A DNA stretch of 59,175 bases, counting the filler, from Piptocephalis cylindrospora (Eukaryota): the NCBI GenBank assembly GCA_003614145.1. It is 6 parts of 6 records of this genome, joined end to end, with 100 filler letters (N's around TTAATTAATTAA, not from the genome) between each part and the next. Parts side by side here need not be neighbours in the genome. Positions count along the whole stretch, not along the records: positions 29,721 to 39,496 come from KZ988069.1; positions 39,597 to 49,362 come from KZ988070.1; 4 more parts are not named here. One strand, given 5' to 3'. The translations under genes were made by a program, and so were the position numbers. Below the pieces are notes generated by a model, which was given only the letters and a program-made list of their open reading frames with translations, did no database searches and was not told the origin of the DNA. Positions 35,040 through 49,312 of this stretch are shown here, one piece after another (position 1 is the first letter of the stretch; each line of letters opens with the position of its first letter).

Positions 35040-35648
35040 ATTCCCCTCTGGCTTGATTTAAGGGTGTTTTAGGCTTGCTAGGGTATACTCTATCGTGTAT
35101 AGATATTGACCTCTTCCAGTCTATACTATTGATCATTTAATTATTTTTATTGAGCCTCTTATCTCCTCTCTATTATGACTTATTAGGCAAAGCATAGATT
35201 GGAATGGTATACAGTCTTTGGTATATCTCGCTGGCTTGTCAATAGTAATAGTACCTAGCCTTCTTCCACAGTCTTACTCATTCTGACCCATGTTCAGCAA
35301 GTTGACTGATTCATGCTTGCTCTCCCCTACTTTGAAGTTTCACAGCCAAGGAGACAAGGATACGCACACATTGCGAGATTCCCCCAAGGGTAATGTGCGG
35401 TGTGGTGGATAAGAGGTGGGAACCCCCCAGGTGCTGGAAGGTCTGGTAGAAAAGCCTCAATAGATTGCTGTACTCTCTTCCCAGTCTTTCCTTTCCAGAG
35501 CGGTTACTCTCCCTTTCCCTCTACTTCCTTTCTTTTTCGTTCGCTCTTACCAACCTACCAGAACGTGCCACTACAACTCACTGGTTTGTATCCAGGTTCA
35601 TTTTGCTTTCTTTCTTCCTTCCTTCTTCTCCGTACATCACCGTAGATC

Positions 35649-38168
35649 ATGGCTCGAAGAGGCCAGCCTTCTAGGGGTCGAGGACGTGGGCGTGGACGTG
35701 GAGGTAGAGGAAGAAGCGGTCGGGGCGGTCAAGGGGGACGTGGTGGCCATGGCTGGAACTCTCAACATTATCAGGATCAGATGGGCTGGTATGGGTACCA
35801 GTTCCAAGCTCAGCTTGGGGGATATCCCTTCCACCACCAAAACCAGCCCGGTGGGTACTCACCCCATTCTCAGAATCAGCCTTCTGGGAGGTATCCGCCC
35901 CATTACTCAAATCAACCAGGAGGACAAGGAAATCGTCTGTATGCGTACGACGACCAACAATATGATGCACCCTTCTATGGTCATCTGCATGCTCCCTCTT
36001 CCCGGCCGAACTACCATCACACCGGATTCCCTACGAGATCGAGAGGACAAGGCGGGCAAGGTAAAGGGAGGGGCTCCTGTAATCCTCAAATCCAGACCCA
36101 GCACAGAATTCCTACTGCACCCTCCACCCCTACCCCGCCCCCCCGGTCCAAGCAGATGGTAAAAGGGGGCATGATGGAGCGAGCCCAATCGACAGGAGAA
36201 CGTTCAACGGGACTTACTCAAAAGCTAGCTTCCTCCACCCAAGCTTCGGGCACAAGGACGCCCCAAGGTATGTCTCTACAAGGTATGTCGATGGACTGGG
36301 GATTACCTTGGTTGTACTGAGTACGCTAATTACTTTTCTGTTCTTGTGAGTAGAAGACCCCGTTCAGCAAGTATCTACTTTGCAAGGAGAAGATGAAATG
36401 GATCCTCTCTCCTCGTTTTTGGAAGTGAGTTGGTAGAGTGGATGACTGTTCAGGCGATTTATCTCACATCCTGTAGCTGGGACGAGACATTTGATTTCTC
36501 TTTCTACCATGCCATACTCATTTATTTATTTTCTCTGTGGATATAGTCGGTCACCATGAAAAACTCTGAAGATGCGCTACTAAAGGGGAGGAGAACCTTG
36601 ACTTCACCTTCAGCCTCTCCTTCTCCTGTTCAGACTGATCCTACCTCAAATGGTATGCTTGGGTCAAAGATCATGGAGAATAAGCTTCAAAGGTTGGTCC
36701 GAGAATGCCAAAAGGTCTCTTCCGGCCCCTCTTCCGGAGTTGATTATGGAGAGAGCGATTTTTACGATGATGATGATGATGATGACGATGATGATGACGA
36801 TGACGATGACGATGATGATGACTATTCCTTCGATGAAAGTGATATGGATGAAGAAGATACGACGGAGGACGAGGTGGAGGAAGAAGAAAGGGAGATGAAA
36901 AAGCAGCATACGCTCGATGCTTCCTCGGACGAGGATGAGATTGAGAAGCTCTATTACAAGGAGATCCTGGAGAAAAGAAAGAGCATTCAGGTAACTGGAC
37001 TAGAGAATGATCGCCCTCAACCCTCTCTCTCCTACGATATTATAAATGGAAGAGTGCCCACGGGTCCTCAGGATGGCATCATCTTCCCTCATCACATGGA
37101 CGGTTCCGGATCGTATAACGCCATCCTGGATGCTTCAGTGGATGGGGTTCCCGGGGATGAAGTGAGTGATGACCTTGTCCGGTCCTACTCTACGGGTAAG
37201 TGCTGTAAGGCGAGGGTGACGACGCTCTTTAGTGGTATAAGCTTACATTTCCACTGCACAGGAATGAGGAGCTTTTTACGCGACCATGGTGAGTGGGAAC
37301 CCATGTACGGAGATAGGCCAGTAAAAGGAAGGAAGAAAAAAGAGCAGAAGAAGCAGAGTAAGCTAGCTCGTCGTGCTGATAGAGCAGGGTCTAGACAAGC
37401 AGGAGGTGGGCCTAGCTCCTTATCTTCTTTGGATGTGTGCGCGATGGAGCGGAAGATCCGGCAATTTGTCCTCGACGGCACCCTCCATAGCATCGTCCTT
37501 AACCCTATGCCTCCGAATCATCGTGCCATTATCCACCAGCTTGCGCGTGCCTTTTCCCTCAAATCTAAGAGCCAAGGAAAAGACAATGAGAGACATACGG
37601 TATTAACGAGGACGCCTGATACTCAATACCGGTACTTTCGGATCGAGTCATGCATGCGACGTGTGACTCGTCAAAACCCAAAAATGCTTTGGCACGCAGA
37701 TGGCAAAAGGGGTGGAAAGAACAAAGGCAAGGGTCGAGGAGGTAGTGGTAGCGGTAGGGGAGGAGGAGGAGGCGGTGGTGGTAAGGGGGGGAGGAAGAGG
37801 ATCATCAGGTAGGTCAGGATAATGTGACTATGGATAAGGAAGCCTTTTTATCTTCTCACCCCACTTTTCCTTTTTATCTAGCTCCTGAGAAGCCCCTCAA
37901 AGTTGTCGGGGAGGATGCCCCGGCTGTCCAATCCAGCAACATTGGGCATAGGATGCTGGAGAAGATGGGGTAAGTCCATAATGTTTTGAGAGAAGGTGCA
38001 GTATTTGGATTTTGACGTATCTTTTACTCATTGGCCATTCTTCTTTGTGTGCTTTACAGATGGGCGCCAGGAAAGAGTCTCGGGAGCAAAGGGGATGGAA
38101 GGGTGGATCCGGTTGAGGCCATCATGTTCTCCAAGGGTCGAGGACTTGGCCATGGCAAGGACTTGTGA
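35649..38168 (+). CDS. SQS1: R3H + G-patch domain protein (Sqs1/Pfa1-like), multi-exon
   Basis: RGG-rich N-terminus, poly-Asp tract, R3H motif (PMPPNHRAIIHQLARAFSLKSKSQG), and a spliced C-terminal G-patch (SNIGHRMLEKMGWAPGKSLG...GRGLG) with stop at 38166-38168. Confidence 0.8.
36765..36822 (+). repeat. (GAT/GAC)n trinucleotide repeat encoding poly-Asp
   Basis: Read directly from the sequence. Confidence 0.9.
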
Positions 38169-39496
38169 TGCAGTGCTAGTGTGTGAGAGTTGTGTTTACA
38201 TGGATAGACAACGTAGTGATTTGATGGGTGTCGTTTATGACTTTCACGTAGTATACTTCCTTCTAGACTAGTGAATGGGGGTTTCTTGATCAACTTAAGG
38301 AATGTTTAGTTTTTTCCGGAACATCGTTTTGATCTCCAGAGTGACGGTTTTATCCTTGACATGTAGAGGCTCCTGACGACAAGTTCTGCTGTTGTATCTC
38401 CATGGACCAGCATAGGCCTTCTTTCCCGTTCGCTTGCCAAAACCCACTTTTTGGTGAAGTATTAGTTATTTCAATGGCCCTGTTGCAATGCAGTACAAAG
38501 CGGTGTCGAGATCGTAATGAAATTACTCTTCGTGATTCTAATGAGTTGCAGGATGCGCAATTCAACTGGGGAATGCAATATTGTACGTGCATCCTTGGAA
38601 CTCTATGACCTCTCAATCCTAGACTCGTTCCTCTTTCTATTTCGCGTATCTTTCCATCTTTCTAGGATAGTATCGGAAAGTTGAAAATTGTATGGGTATT
38701 ACTATAAAGAAAGAGGAAAAGGAGCGCTGATCCATTTGGCTAAGGCTCCTCATCCGGTGCGTCTGGTGGCATGAGTAAAAAGACATTGAGGCATATCCAT
38801 CATCTGCTGACGGGAAGGCACGATGTCTCCATGGCTAAGGTCGTCAATACGCGTCCACTAAGGAAGGAAAAGATGGCCTGGCATGAGACTCCAGCTGATG
38901 CATTTACTCCACTCGGCTCTTTCTACCTTATTGACCAGATCAGACCAGGGCATCCAACCTGTGCCTCCGCCCATTCCACGTCGTTTCCCATGCCACTAGT
39001 TGAATGAGGTCGAGAGGAGCTTGGAATCGGTCGGATCATGATTCAATTCTATACTATGCTGGACGATGTTGTATCAGGTTAAAGGCAGATATTCAAATGC
39101 CACAAGTCATGCTCCTAACGTATGAAACTCGCTTGATCCGTCTCCTAGATTGCTCCCCATTTCGAAGATGTTGTCAGGTATCAAAGAAGAATGACCTTTA
39201 TCAAGTAGACCGCCGTGGTCATGTCGTTACAATAGGAGAAAGGCTCAAGGCGACTGGTGGTGATACCGGACGTTTGATACGTATGTGACTCTCACTTGTG
39301 TAGCGCTACTTTCACAGCTGCATCGACGATACTCCAGGAGGTCCAAGGATAGTCCTCACGGCTTATCAGTATCTACAGAAGAGTGTATTTGGACCATCCT
39401 TGCACTGTAGAGAGAGAAAGAGAGATAGAGAGTGAGAGGGGTGATACGGACTATTCGCTGAGTAGGTATTGCCACTCCGAGACCATGCACTGTGGA

Positions 39497-39596
39497 NNNN
39501 NNNNNNNNNNNNNNNNNNNNNNNNNNNNNNNNNNNNNNNNTTAATTAATTAANNNNNNNNNNNNNNNNNNNNNNNNNNNNNNNNNNNNNNNNNNNN
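39497..39596. other. Artificial contig-joining spacer
   Basis: N44-TTAATTAATTAA-N44. Confidence 0.97.
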
Positions 39597-40156
39597 CATC
39601 ATCCATGCTGGCGTGAAAGCTATCTACTACCCCCCCCCCCCCCCCCCCCTCCACCTTATCCTGATCCCTGACTTACGTAGACAGAAATGTCCTCGGGGGC
39701 TGGCTTAATGGCCTTGGCTTCAGCAGATAATGTGTCCTGGGAGGCTACTCGTGCCTTCTTGGCCTCTTCTGCATCAGCTCGCAACTTCTTGGCCATCTAT
39801 ACATCACTCAGTATTACCCAAGTCGAATTAAATATCAGTCTATGAGTCCACCCAATCTCTCTACGGCATTCACTTACCGTATCTAGCTTCTCCCCATCCA
39901 AATCTGGCCCTTTTCCTGAGCTGGCTTTTTGCGCCGTACCAGCCGAGGACATGCTCTTCAGGTCTTTGGCTGCCTGATCTCCCTTTCCCCCAGATTCCTC
40001 TTCTTCTTCTTCTTCTTCCTCGTCATCTTCTCCCTCACCGGCGTTCTCTTTATAGTTGGAACCGTCTTCAGCGGACGTGGATGTAGCCTGAACCTCTTTG
40101 GGGATAGTTGTGACGCCCTGCTTGCCAGAGGGCGAGGTTACTTTGGTGTTGGCCAT
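39597..40156 (-). CDS. HYPK-like protein (NatA/NAC-associated), 3'-truncated by the contig end
   Basis: Acidic N-terminus, QAAKDLKSM, then spliced LDT|MAKKLRADAEEAKKAR...AKAIKPAPEDISVY, resembling the HYPK helix that leads into its UBA-like domain. Confidence 0.5.
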
Positions 40157-40439
40157 GCTATGACAAGAGTGGGAGCTGAGGGTCAAAGTTCGAAAGAATA
40201 AACACAGCCTGGGGATGGAGCGAGGAGGAAGAGAAGGCGGAGGGACGTCTGGTCTAAAATATCTTTCCTCCAGCTGACTTTACGCTCTAGAAGCGCGTCG
40301 CGAGATTCAGGGCGGACAAGGCCCATTCAATTTGGGAATATAAAAGGGAGACACACGTCTTGCCCTGCATCTTTGTTGCCTCTAGCTCAAGCCCTCCTGA
40401 GCGTCCCACCCTATTGCTTCATCGTTACTCCTTTCCCAA

Positions 40440-42626
40440 CTCCCCCCCCTCCTCCCGACTATTATATTCAGTCTGGCCATCCAACAGATTCTATCTTTTC
40501 GGCCGGCCTCCCGGCCCGCCCCACCGGCCCGGACCACCTCACCGACACGTCAGAGGGCAGGGCGACTTCAACAATTGTGTCGCCAATCCATTATTTCCAT
40601 TCAGGAGGTCATTGAGGCTAGGACCCTCTTACTTGATGTACTTAGGAATCAAGCAGAATCCGACACTACCTCTTCTGAGGTCCTTCCTCTTCTACTGGCT
40701 TCCCCACACTGGCCAATTTTCTTTACCGATCCCCATTTGGTTCAAGCTGTTTGGAAAGCACAGATAGTACCCACCGGTCTTTCCCCAACCAGGTAAGCGC
40801 TTTGTAAATAGACATGGGATATCACTAAACATTCATGATAATGCTCATTAGTAAGGATGCATTCGATGCGGAACCCATTCTCTCCCTCTTGGATTTGGAT
40901 GAGCAGTCCGTGTTGCCCGATGCAATCATCAGTACCCGCCTTCCTGGCACGGTAAAAACCAATGCGGAACAGGAGGGGGATGTGGCGAGGCATGCTTTGC
41001 TTCAGATGATGGGAGCGTCAACTCAGTCCATGATGGATCAAGCATCTCGCCTTCAGGTTGATGCCATGGTCAAGGCCGTTCATCAGTCTCAAGCAAATCT
41101 TCCAAGCCTGGCCAGTCGTATGAAAAGAACGCTACTAAGTTCATCCAGCCCTCATCTTCTGTCGATCACCGGGCGCGCTTGGGCGATCCCGCTGCACTCT
41201 GCATTTCTCGATGATGGTGAAAAGGATGACAGGATGGATTTCAATGTACCAATCCCAGAGTGGATGTCTCAGGAGGATGATAAAGCTACATTGAATGGCT
41301 ATGCTCGATCCCTGTATAAGCATAAAGCCATTCTAGAGGAAGAGGTAAACGCCTAAGGGATAATTTGATCTATATTGATTAGCACGGCTCATTTCCCCTT
41401 CCTCCTCTCTCTCTCTCTTTCTCTCTCAGATCTCTTCTGTCCTAGCAGATGCGCTGGAAGGGGCCAATGTGACGGCTCTCTTGGAATGGCCCCCTATCCG
41501 ACAGACCCTCTCAACTTCCCGACTCAGTCATGCACTCCATCATCATCCTAGCCTACACTATCCCTTCTTTCTAGCCCTTGGTCGTCTCATCGAAGATATA
41601 TTGGACTGGCGCATCACACGTCTGGTGATGACCTGGATCCTCATTCTATCTCATACCCAACATCCTCGTCCTATCCACCCCGTAGGTTGATTGAAGCATA
41701 TGAAAGACCTATTTACACAGCTAATCCCCTTCTTTCCAACACAGGAGTATCCCTTGGGGCCAATCATGGAGTGTTTCGGGGAGAAAAAGGAACTTATCGA
41801 GGTAGATAGTTGTAGAAGGCAATGTCTTGAGCGCATCCGCTCCCTCCCATCCTCCCTTCATCCTACTCTCTTGCATAGTTTATGGATTATCTGCATGGCA
41901 CTTTGGCAATACTACGCCATGCATCTGGTACATCTCTTGGGTGATAGGGAGATAGGCGTGGACGAAATTTTTCATCTCTCATTAGTACTCATATCTCTCT
42001 TTTCCCCATAGGATGATGCAAAATGTTTGGATTGGGCATCCTGGCTAAGATATCCCGGGATTGATGAAGCTACTCTGACCATCTATTACCTTGATACTTT
42101 ATCTCTAGCGCAAAAATTAATCGGTGAGTCCGCAGTATCTCTATAGATCTACTCCTCCACACTCATCCTCTCTTCCCTGATCATTCCGTCCAGGGGAAGG
42201 AGCTAGTCAAGAGGAATGGTTCACTGCACTGAGTGAACCAGCGATGTGGTCGATGGCTGTGGAGGTGCAATTGCATCGACCTGTCCTGTCTGACGCTTTC
42301 GTAGCTGTGGTGAGTTTGGTGGGAGTGAATTTTTTTTTCGAGAAGTTCTTATAATCATCTTCATGAACAGCTGCAGTATCTTTTAGAGGATAGTGTCTCT
42401 CCTACCGAACGCTCCCTTACGTAAGTAAATCTTCATGTAGAGCTGAGGACTCTATTCTAAGCCGTGCTGATCTCCTCACCCCTTCTTTACCAGCCCCATT
42501 CTGGTGGTTCACGATGTTTTAATCTCCATTCCCTCCCTGGAATGTCGTCACTCTGCATATTTACAGCAATGTCGTTCCATTCTACATGACCAGATGGTCA
42601 CATCTCAACGGAAAACGAGCTCCTGA
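40440..42626 (+). CDS. Hypothetical helical protein, about 8 exons; start unresolved
   Basis: Chain of same-strand ORFs (40575, 40835, 41469, 41691 and others) separated by GT-AG introns. Last exon ends ...QRKTSS* at 42626. Confidence 0.6.
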
Positions 42627-42749
42627 AAGTAATAAGGAGTTATTTCTAATCGCAACGAGCAACCTGCTCCGAGGTATTACTATTGAAGGAGGAAGAAGAG
42701 GGCCTCTTTGGTCTATTCACTACCTTTATGTCCCCCCCGACTCGCTCTC

Positions 42750-44171
42750 TCATCGGGATCGATCATAGCTCGACCGATGGTATGACCCGCCCCGGTGATC
42801 CCGCTCTCTTCGAGGCGACCTTTCCCGGGTGTACCTTGATCGATCCCTCCTTATCCCACCATCACGATCTCTCCTCCCTTCATGCCCATCTTGACCCCCC
42901 CTGTACCCATCTCCTCTATCCTTTCTGTATCTATCTCTTCTTCTAGGCTCATCTCTCCTGTACCCTTCCTGCCCACTTGAATCCCCTCTCCCGCTTCCCC
43001 CTCCCCTCTCCTCAACACTCCCTCTTCGCGGTGGGCCTGATGCGGGGTTGGAGGATTCAAAGACCATTTCATACTTCCTGGCATCCTCCCGCTCCCTCTC
43101 CACTTCTCGGTAGGATCGGTTCCTCTCATATCCCTGTAGACCAGCAAACCCTTGGGCATTTGCTCCCTTGCTAGCCCAGTTGGCATGCAGTTTGGAAACA
43201 CTTTGGGAAAAGTCAACATGAATGCGGCGGTCATCGATGAGAACATTGTCCATCTTAAAGTAGGCCTCCTCAGCCTCCTCCTGTTTGTCAAACTCGACAA
43301 AGGCGTACCCCAGACTCTCCTTGGTCTTCTGATCCCGGATAACCTCGCAAGACAAAATGGTACCGAACCGGGAAAAAATAAGTTCTAGATCCTCATCTCG
43401 CGTGATTGGATTGAGCTTACACACAAAAAGCACATTCTCGGGCGGTTTCACCTCCGCAAAGGGCAAGTCTCCGATCATCTCCAGTGTCAGGGCATGGGCC
43501 CCGGCCTCCTTGGACCGTCGCTGCTTCTCTGCCTCCTCCGGGTCCACCGGATCCTCCAGGGACTCATCTTCCCCAATGCGCACTGTAGCCAACTGAGCCG
43601 GAGTTGGCAAAGGTGAGGCATCCGGGACCACTAAACCCTCGGGATCTGGGAAGGGGTCATCGAGGATGATGGTGTGCTTGATTCGTACATCCACAAAAGG
43701 CCTGTAAGCCCCATCTACTTGGACATCATTCAAGAGATCAAGGATTTCCAGGCCCTCGGCTACACGCCCAAATATACTACCTTTTCCATCCAGATAGTTG
43801 AGATCATCCGCCAGGGTGATGAAGAATTGTGAGCCCATCACTGGCTTTCCCCCGTCTCCAGCCTGATCTGGACTGGCTGCCGCCATCGACACGGTACCCC
43901 GATGAGTATGCTTCAGCTTTGGGTGATTCTCCACTGGCATGTACTTTGGGGTCTTGGGATCGATCAGGGATCGGATACACTCTCCTCCCTGGCCGGTACA
44001 TGTCGGATCCCCTGTCTGTGCCGTAAAATCCCGCTGGACCCGGTGGAAGGCACTGAAATTGTAGTACTTGACCTTACAAAGCTTGAGAAAGTTCAAGCAC
44101 GTTTCCGGCGCCCTCTTGATGTACAAGTCAATAACAATGTCTCCTAGGGAAGTCTCCAGTAAAACGGACAT
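42750..44171 (-). CDS. PPIL4: Cyclophilin-RRM protein PPIL4 / Rct1 / Cyp6, intronless
   Basis: [80 protein letters not shown]-rich tail. Confidence 0.95.
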   Translation of the reverse strand: MSVLLETSLGDIVIDLYIKRAPETCLNFLKLCKVKYYNFSAFHRVQRDFTAQTGDPTCTGQGGECIRSLIDPKTPKYMPVENHPKLKHTHRGTVSMAAASPDQAGDGGKPVMGSQFFITLADDLNYLDGKGSIFGRVAEGLEILDLLNDVQVDGAYRPFVDVRIKHTIILDDPFPDPEGLVVPDASPLPTPAQLATVRIGEDESLEDPVDPEEAEKQRRSKEAGAHALTLEMIGDLPFAEVKPPENVLFVCKLNPITRDEDLELIFSRFGTILSCEVIRDQKTKESLGYAFVEFDKQEEAEEAYFKMDNVLIDDRRIHVDFSQSVSKLHANWASKGANAQGFAGLQGYERNRSYREVEREREDARKYEMVFESSNPASGPPRRGSVEERGGGSGRGDSSGQEGYRRDEPRRRDRYRKDRGDGYRGGQDGHEGRRDRDGGIRRDRSRYTRERSPRRERDHRGGSYHRSSYDRSR

Positions 44172-47125
44172 GGTGAGCGAGGATGGAGCAGAATAGTGTG
44201 ACCTGGCAAGATGGGATATTGAGCGATCTTCCCCTTCCTCCCTTATCTCTCCTTTTAAATCAACATGTGCGATTTTTGTCCATTTTCGGTAGTTTTTGAG
44301 GTGCGGCGATCGCCATGGGGCTTTTGGCGAATCAGGCTGACCAGTGTGCCCAGCGGTCATCTCAGAACAGCTGGGATAATGCAGATGTATTGAAAAATAG
44401 GCCCACACCATCAAGCAACCTTACATAGGCATATGAAGTCCGAGTGTACTCACCTCTGGTTACACTGGGTGCTTCACTTGCCTATCCCACTGCCTTACTT
44501 TACTCTTTCCTCCTCTCCTCAGTTGCTGCTTGCCTATTTACAGTAAAATTTGACAATCCTCTCCAGGGTCATCTCTCAAACTACGGTACACCCACCACTC
44601 ACATCTTCATTCCTTCTTGCTTCAACCAAGCTATTCTAATCTCTGTCTTGAATTTTCTCAAGGGGTTTCACACATCCATGGCTCCTTTAAACTCCCTTCT
44701 CTCCCCCTCCAAGAAATATGCATTCAATGCTCATTTAGTCGACCTTTTCTCTGTTCTGTCTACCTCTTACACAAACTTCAGGGATGTAGTATGAGGGGTA
44801 CCATGATGCTCTCTAGTCCAGTTTATGTAGGCTCAGACTACCATGATAATGAGCCACAAAAATCCTCAAGATAAACGACCAAAGCTAAATCTATCAAGAT
44901 CTTGACAAAATTGTGCATGGACCACTATAACCGTTTTCCTTTCCTCTTCCTTCTAAAAAAACCATCTCTAGTGAAGCAAATGAACACCAAGAAGAGCTTG
45001 AATTTGCAATGCAGATACGTATTAAGCCAATAGCATTGTCTCTTTTCCTTCATTCGTAGTGTGAGAGTCCATAGAAAGCAGAAACACTGGGCCTCCTTTC
45101 AATGGGTTCAACAAAGCGTTAAGTTATTTTTGACAACTCTTATGTGGTCGATGACTTTTATCTTGAACAAGTGGGTCAGAGCTCTGAATGTTGCCTCACG
45201 TCTTTCTTCTCATCTTATTCATCAGGTTGATCGCATGTCTCTAGGCCTATTTGATGGAGATCCTCTCCAGTAGCTCCCCAGCAGAAATTCCGAGGAAACT
45301 CTTCTGAGTATCATCAAGGAAATTAGGAGACAAGGGAAGAGCTTGATCGATCAAACAGGGCAAGTGATTCAAATCCCACCCAGGAAGAAAGCTGGGGAGC
45401 CCAGGAGGGCATGAAAGTACTAGAAGAAAAGTGCGCTACCTTGGTATTCTTGGTTCTAGATGGAATTCTGGTCTTTTTGGAGTTAGAGACATTCTCCATT
45501 AATGCCGTGCAGTAGTTCCTCCCCAGGATATTACGGACGGGAGGTTACTAGCGGATCTGGTCAATGCTCTCTGGCACGAAGAACGCTTTGTCAGCCAGGG
45601 ACTATTGTTGCCAATTGATGAAGATAGATGCCGTCATATAAACATTAGACAGCAAAAAATGCATTATCTTTCTATCAGAGCTTGAAATTACTGCTTTTTT
45701 TTATGCCTGTATCGATTTATCGAGCGGAATGTCATCCTCCTTGGGGCCTCTTTTTGTCCTATAAAGCTTTTGAACCAGCGCTAGCTGTCTCTGATCGACT
45801 CTATCTTCCGTGGATTATCCGCCTACATCCCTTCTTCCCATTCCCTTACTGCTCGTCGTCCTTTCTATTGCCTTGCTACGTATGGAATATGAGAAGATGT
45901 CCTATGCAAGCCTGGAGCCTTAATTTCTACGCGGTCTGATCACCCTATGAATCCTTCAGCCACATAACAAGGGCTCGCAGGCTTAGTGTGCCACTAGACT
46001 TTATCGACCTGTCTTCCAAATTGAAGTAATTGCCATGCATCTTCTCCAGACTTATACAGAGGATCATCACATCAAGGTTTATAAGATATCCTTTGGTAAA
46101 AGGGACATTGAGATTAATAATGCATCAACCACCGCCAGCAATTTACTCAAAAAGATATGTATTTAATACCAGAACTCATCCTATATTTTCCGGTCGGGTT
46201 TCCCACTTTTCCTACACAAAACGATTATTGAGGCGGTACTTTCTCTGATAATCACCCGAGGTAAAATATTCCTAGAATGTAAATGGTTGTCAAATAGGAT
46301 CACACATATTCTAAGAAGTATATCATTCTTCCTTTTATGTAAGTTAGAAGCTGTTTCCCGGATGTCTGGCTACTCTGGATTAAAATATTCAAGATCTATG
46401 AGGAGGAAAGGGATAATATATGATTTATTTTGTTTTTCATCTCTTTAAAAGGGTATACGGTTCTTCCTTAATAATCACCATTATTATGTAACCTCCATTC
46501 ATTAGTAATTTTATTGGAAAATTATTGAGAAGGTCATGTTTTAGATCACGTTGCGAGTAAAGATATCTTGCTCAGTAATTTAAAATGGAATATGAAATCC
46601 TCTTAGAATATCGTTGCTAGAGCTACCCTCTAAGATCACTCGTCTCAGTATAGAGGATGAGCATCTCCTTACATCTTAAATCAATTGCTTTTTTTTAAGG
46701 ACGTTTCCTTTTAATATAGGTTTACATTGCTCAAAGCCAATGCTGAGCCCACAAATGCACTTGTTCTTCAGGGAATAACGCCACATCTTCCTGCTGCCAC
46801 AAAGTCCCTTTGATCCACGACCAACTTTGTCATAGCACCCGGTTCATTTCATAGAGGGGCAACTCCGCTGACGGGAAGAGGCATAAGGAATAATATGCTG
46901 GCTCATTCCAAATGGAATCCTTCTCTTTCCCCCTTCTCCATCGCCAATATCTCACCCTTCTCTATCTCTTCCATCTCCTCTGCCTCCTCCGTGAACGAAT
47001 TCCATTCTCCCTTGACCCTTTCACCATCAACCTTTCAGTTACGACACCCCTATATCTTCTTCAAAGACTTCTTTCCTCTCCCTCAAAGGATTGTTTCCTC
47101 TCTCTCAAGGTCCTCTCCATACGAC

Positions 47126-49163
47126 ATGCTTTATAGCTTTTACTCAACGCTCTACTTCCTCGCATTATACCCTACGCTTTCTGCCGGGGTAGTGTGGACA
47201 GATGATCTAATGGCCCTTTCCCGTTCTTTTGATTTGGCATGGGCAAACCCATTCACTGACCTTACAGCCCCCCCCCGCCTATGGCAGTGTGGAAGAACCT
47301 CCCCAGGTGATATCCGACACAGCCTCTCGGTTGAGCGACGCTCATTTAGATAGAATGTGTCCTCTTGTATCACTGCACACTGCTACCCTTGGTCTCCTCG
47401 GGGATCCCGATGCTACTCCCACGAGTTTATCTCACTTTTTCAAAATATCTCCAAGGGACCTTCCCCAAAAGTGCTCGACTGTGAAGAATTCCAATGAGCC
47501 TTTCGATCTCAAAGATACTCACCTAGAAAGAAACGATAAGGCTCTCCGTTTAGTCTTGAAAAATCTGTGCCGTTCTATAGAACCGCATACGACTATGAGC
47601 TATACCGAGCGGTTTAGCTCCCTAGCTTACACCAGCATCCTACGTGGCAGAGCTGCGCGCGACCATTTGGGTATTGTTGGTACCAAGAAATCCCTAGCCA
47701 TGAGGAAAGAGCACATGAAAGCCTTGGAGGAACTTTACACGGATTACTACTCTCTTGAAACCCTCCCCCTTCTCTGTCATCCACGCAGACTTCCATTGAT
47801 AAAGTGGATATCATCTGAGGGCCATAGGAAAATTCCGATAAAGAAAGAGATAGACCAATACTTTTCTATCCTTATCCTCATATCCAGGATTGAATCGAAT
47901 GGGATTCGATCAAGGTCAGTTTTTCAAGCCTTTCAAGGTAAACTTGGTATTTCCTTCGGGCGTACAGGCGAGAAAACCGGTCAGCGGCTCAATACGTGGC
48001 TTACCTTCATGGATAATGCTCGTATGCTCGCCTCCTTCCTACTTGATTACATTCACACGTCGTTTCCCGGCCTCCTAAACCATACTCCCTTTTCGCCCAG
48101 TAAGGATGGCAAAGGGAGTGACCGCTTGAGGGAGGTCATCAATGGTATGAAGGTTAAGGGGTCGAAATGGATTCAAAATTGGAAGGAAATGCCAACATCC
48201 GGGGTTAAGGTAGGAGGGCAGTCAAGCGACCTGAAGAGAAATCTCACCATACTAGCGATGCCAATTCTTGACGGATTATTGGTTTTACTGGACTTATGCA
48301 AGAAAGCAACTTCCTTAGCGGCCCTCTTGAAATCCATTCGTCCTCACGAATTAAATTCCGAAAGGTTAAAGGGTCTAGTTAATGCTGTATGGTCTGAAAA
48401 CAGCCTCACTTCTCTGAATGAAGGAATGCCCTTTGGTGATGAGAAGTATCGACATTTAACCGCCGGTCAACGGATGAGACTCAGTTTATCGGAGCATCAA
48501 AATATCCCTTGGGCCCTAGTAATGCACCGTTTGATCGATCGACATGCCATACTCCTCTGGTCATCGAGTTGGGATGAGTTCCCTCAGAACCAACAATCCC
48601 TAGCGCAGGCTCGAGGCCTGTTCCATAATATTATGGGCCCATCATCTGCAAACCATCCTTTGATTACCCTCATCGTCGGCTTTTCCTTGTCTTTGATGCA
48701 GCTCGGGGGAAAGGAGAGATCATGGAAAAGCCTGGAGCCTTGGATACTACGGGGTCTAAAGATTTTGCATACCCTTCGTTCTCGCAAAGACGATCTCCAG
48801 GCACAACGAGCCGCCCACGCCTTCACCCATCTTTTTGGCAATCTGGAGTCGGTTGCCCAGTACCACCCTCCGGGATATTCCAAGGGCTCTCCTATCTCAG
48901 CGGATAGCGATATGATTACTCCAAAAGATTTAAACCTGAAAAAGGTTGTCTATTCGGCTTACCAGACCCTCTTGTACGAGATAAATCGGAATGACGCTTC
49001 TATTACATTAAGTGCTTGGAACATCCCCCATGTCGGTTCGGCTGGCTGGAGCAAGAAATTCCTAGGCAAGCCCTTCGGATGGTCCCCAAAAGAGCAGGAA
49101 GAGGCAGTTGAGGAAGACGACAGGAACGAGGCTGCGCTGTATTCCTCCATGATTTATGTGTAA
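47126..49163 (+). CDS. Large orphan secreted protein (~678 aa); apparent +1 frameshift in the C9 run at 47268-47276
   Basis: Signal-like MLYSFYSTLYFLALYPTLSAG at 47126 joins the 644-aa ORF 47229-49163 if one C is removed (DLTAPP-AYGSVEEPP). Confidence 0.7.
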
Positions 49164-49312
49164 GCTGAATGGCTTAAGTGGTGCGTTCTTTATGTGGGAA
49201 TCCTTGGCTGTGTTGGGGATAAGTAATAATGCTCACGTCTTATTTGGAACATTTAATATTGTTGTAAAAGCAATCTATGATTGATTAATTTAAAGTATAA
49301 GATTAAACCTAT

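Noticed and set aside
44444..46900. Short ORFs in the AT-rich stretch upstream of the large secreted gene
   Set aside because: No splice-consistent model or recognisable domain. May be decayed sequence, but not supportable.
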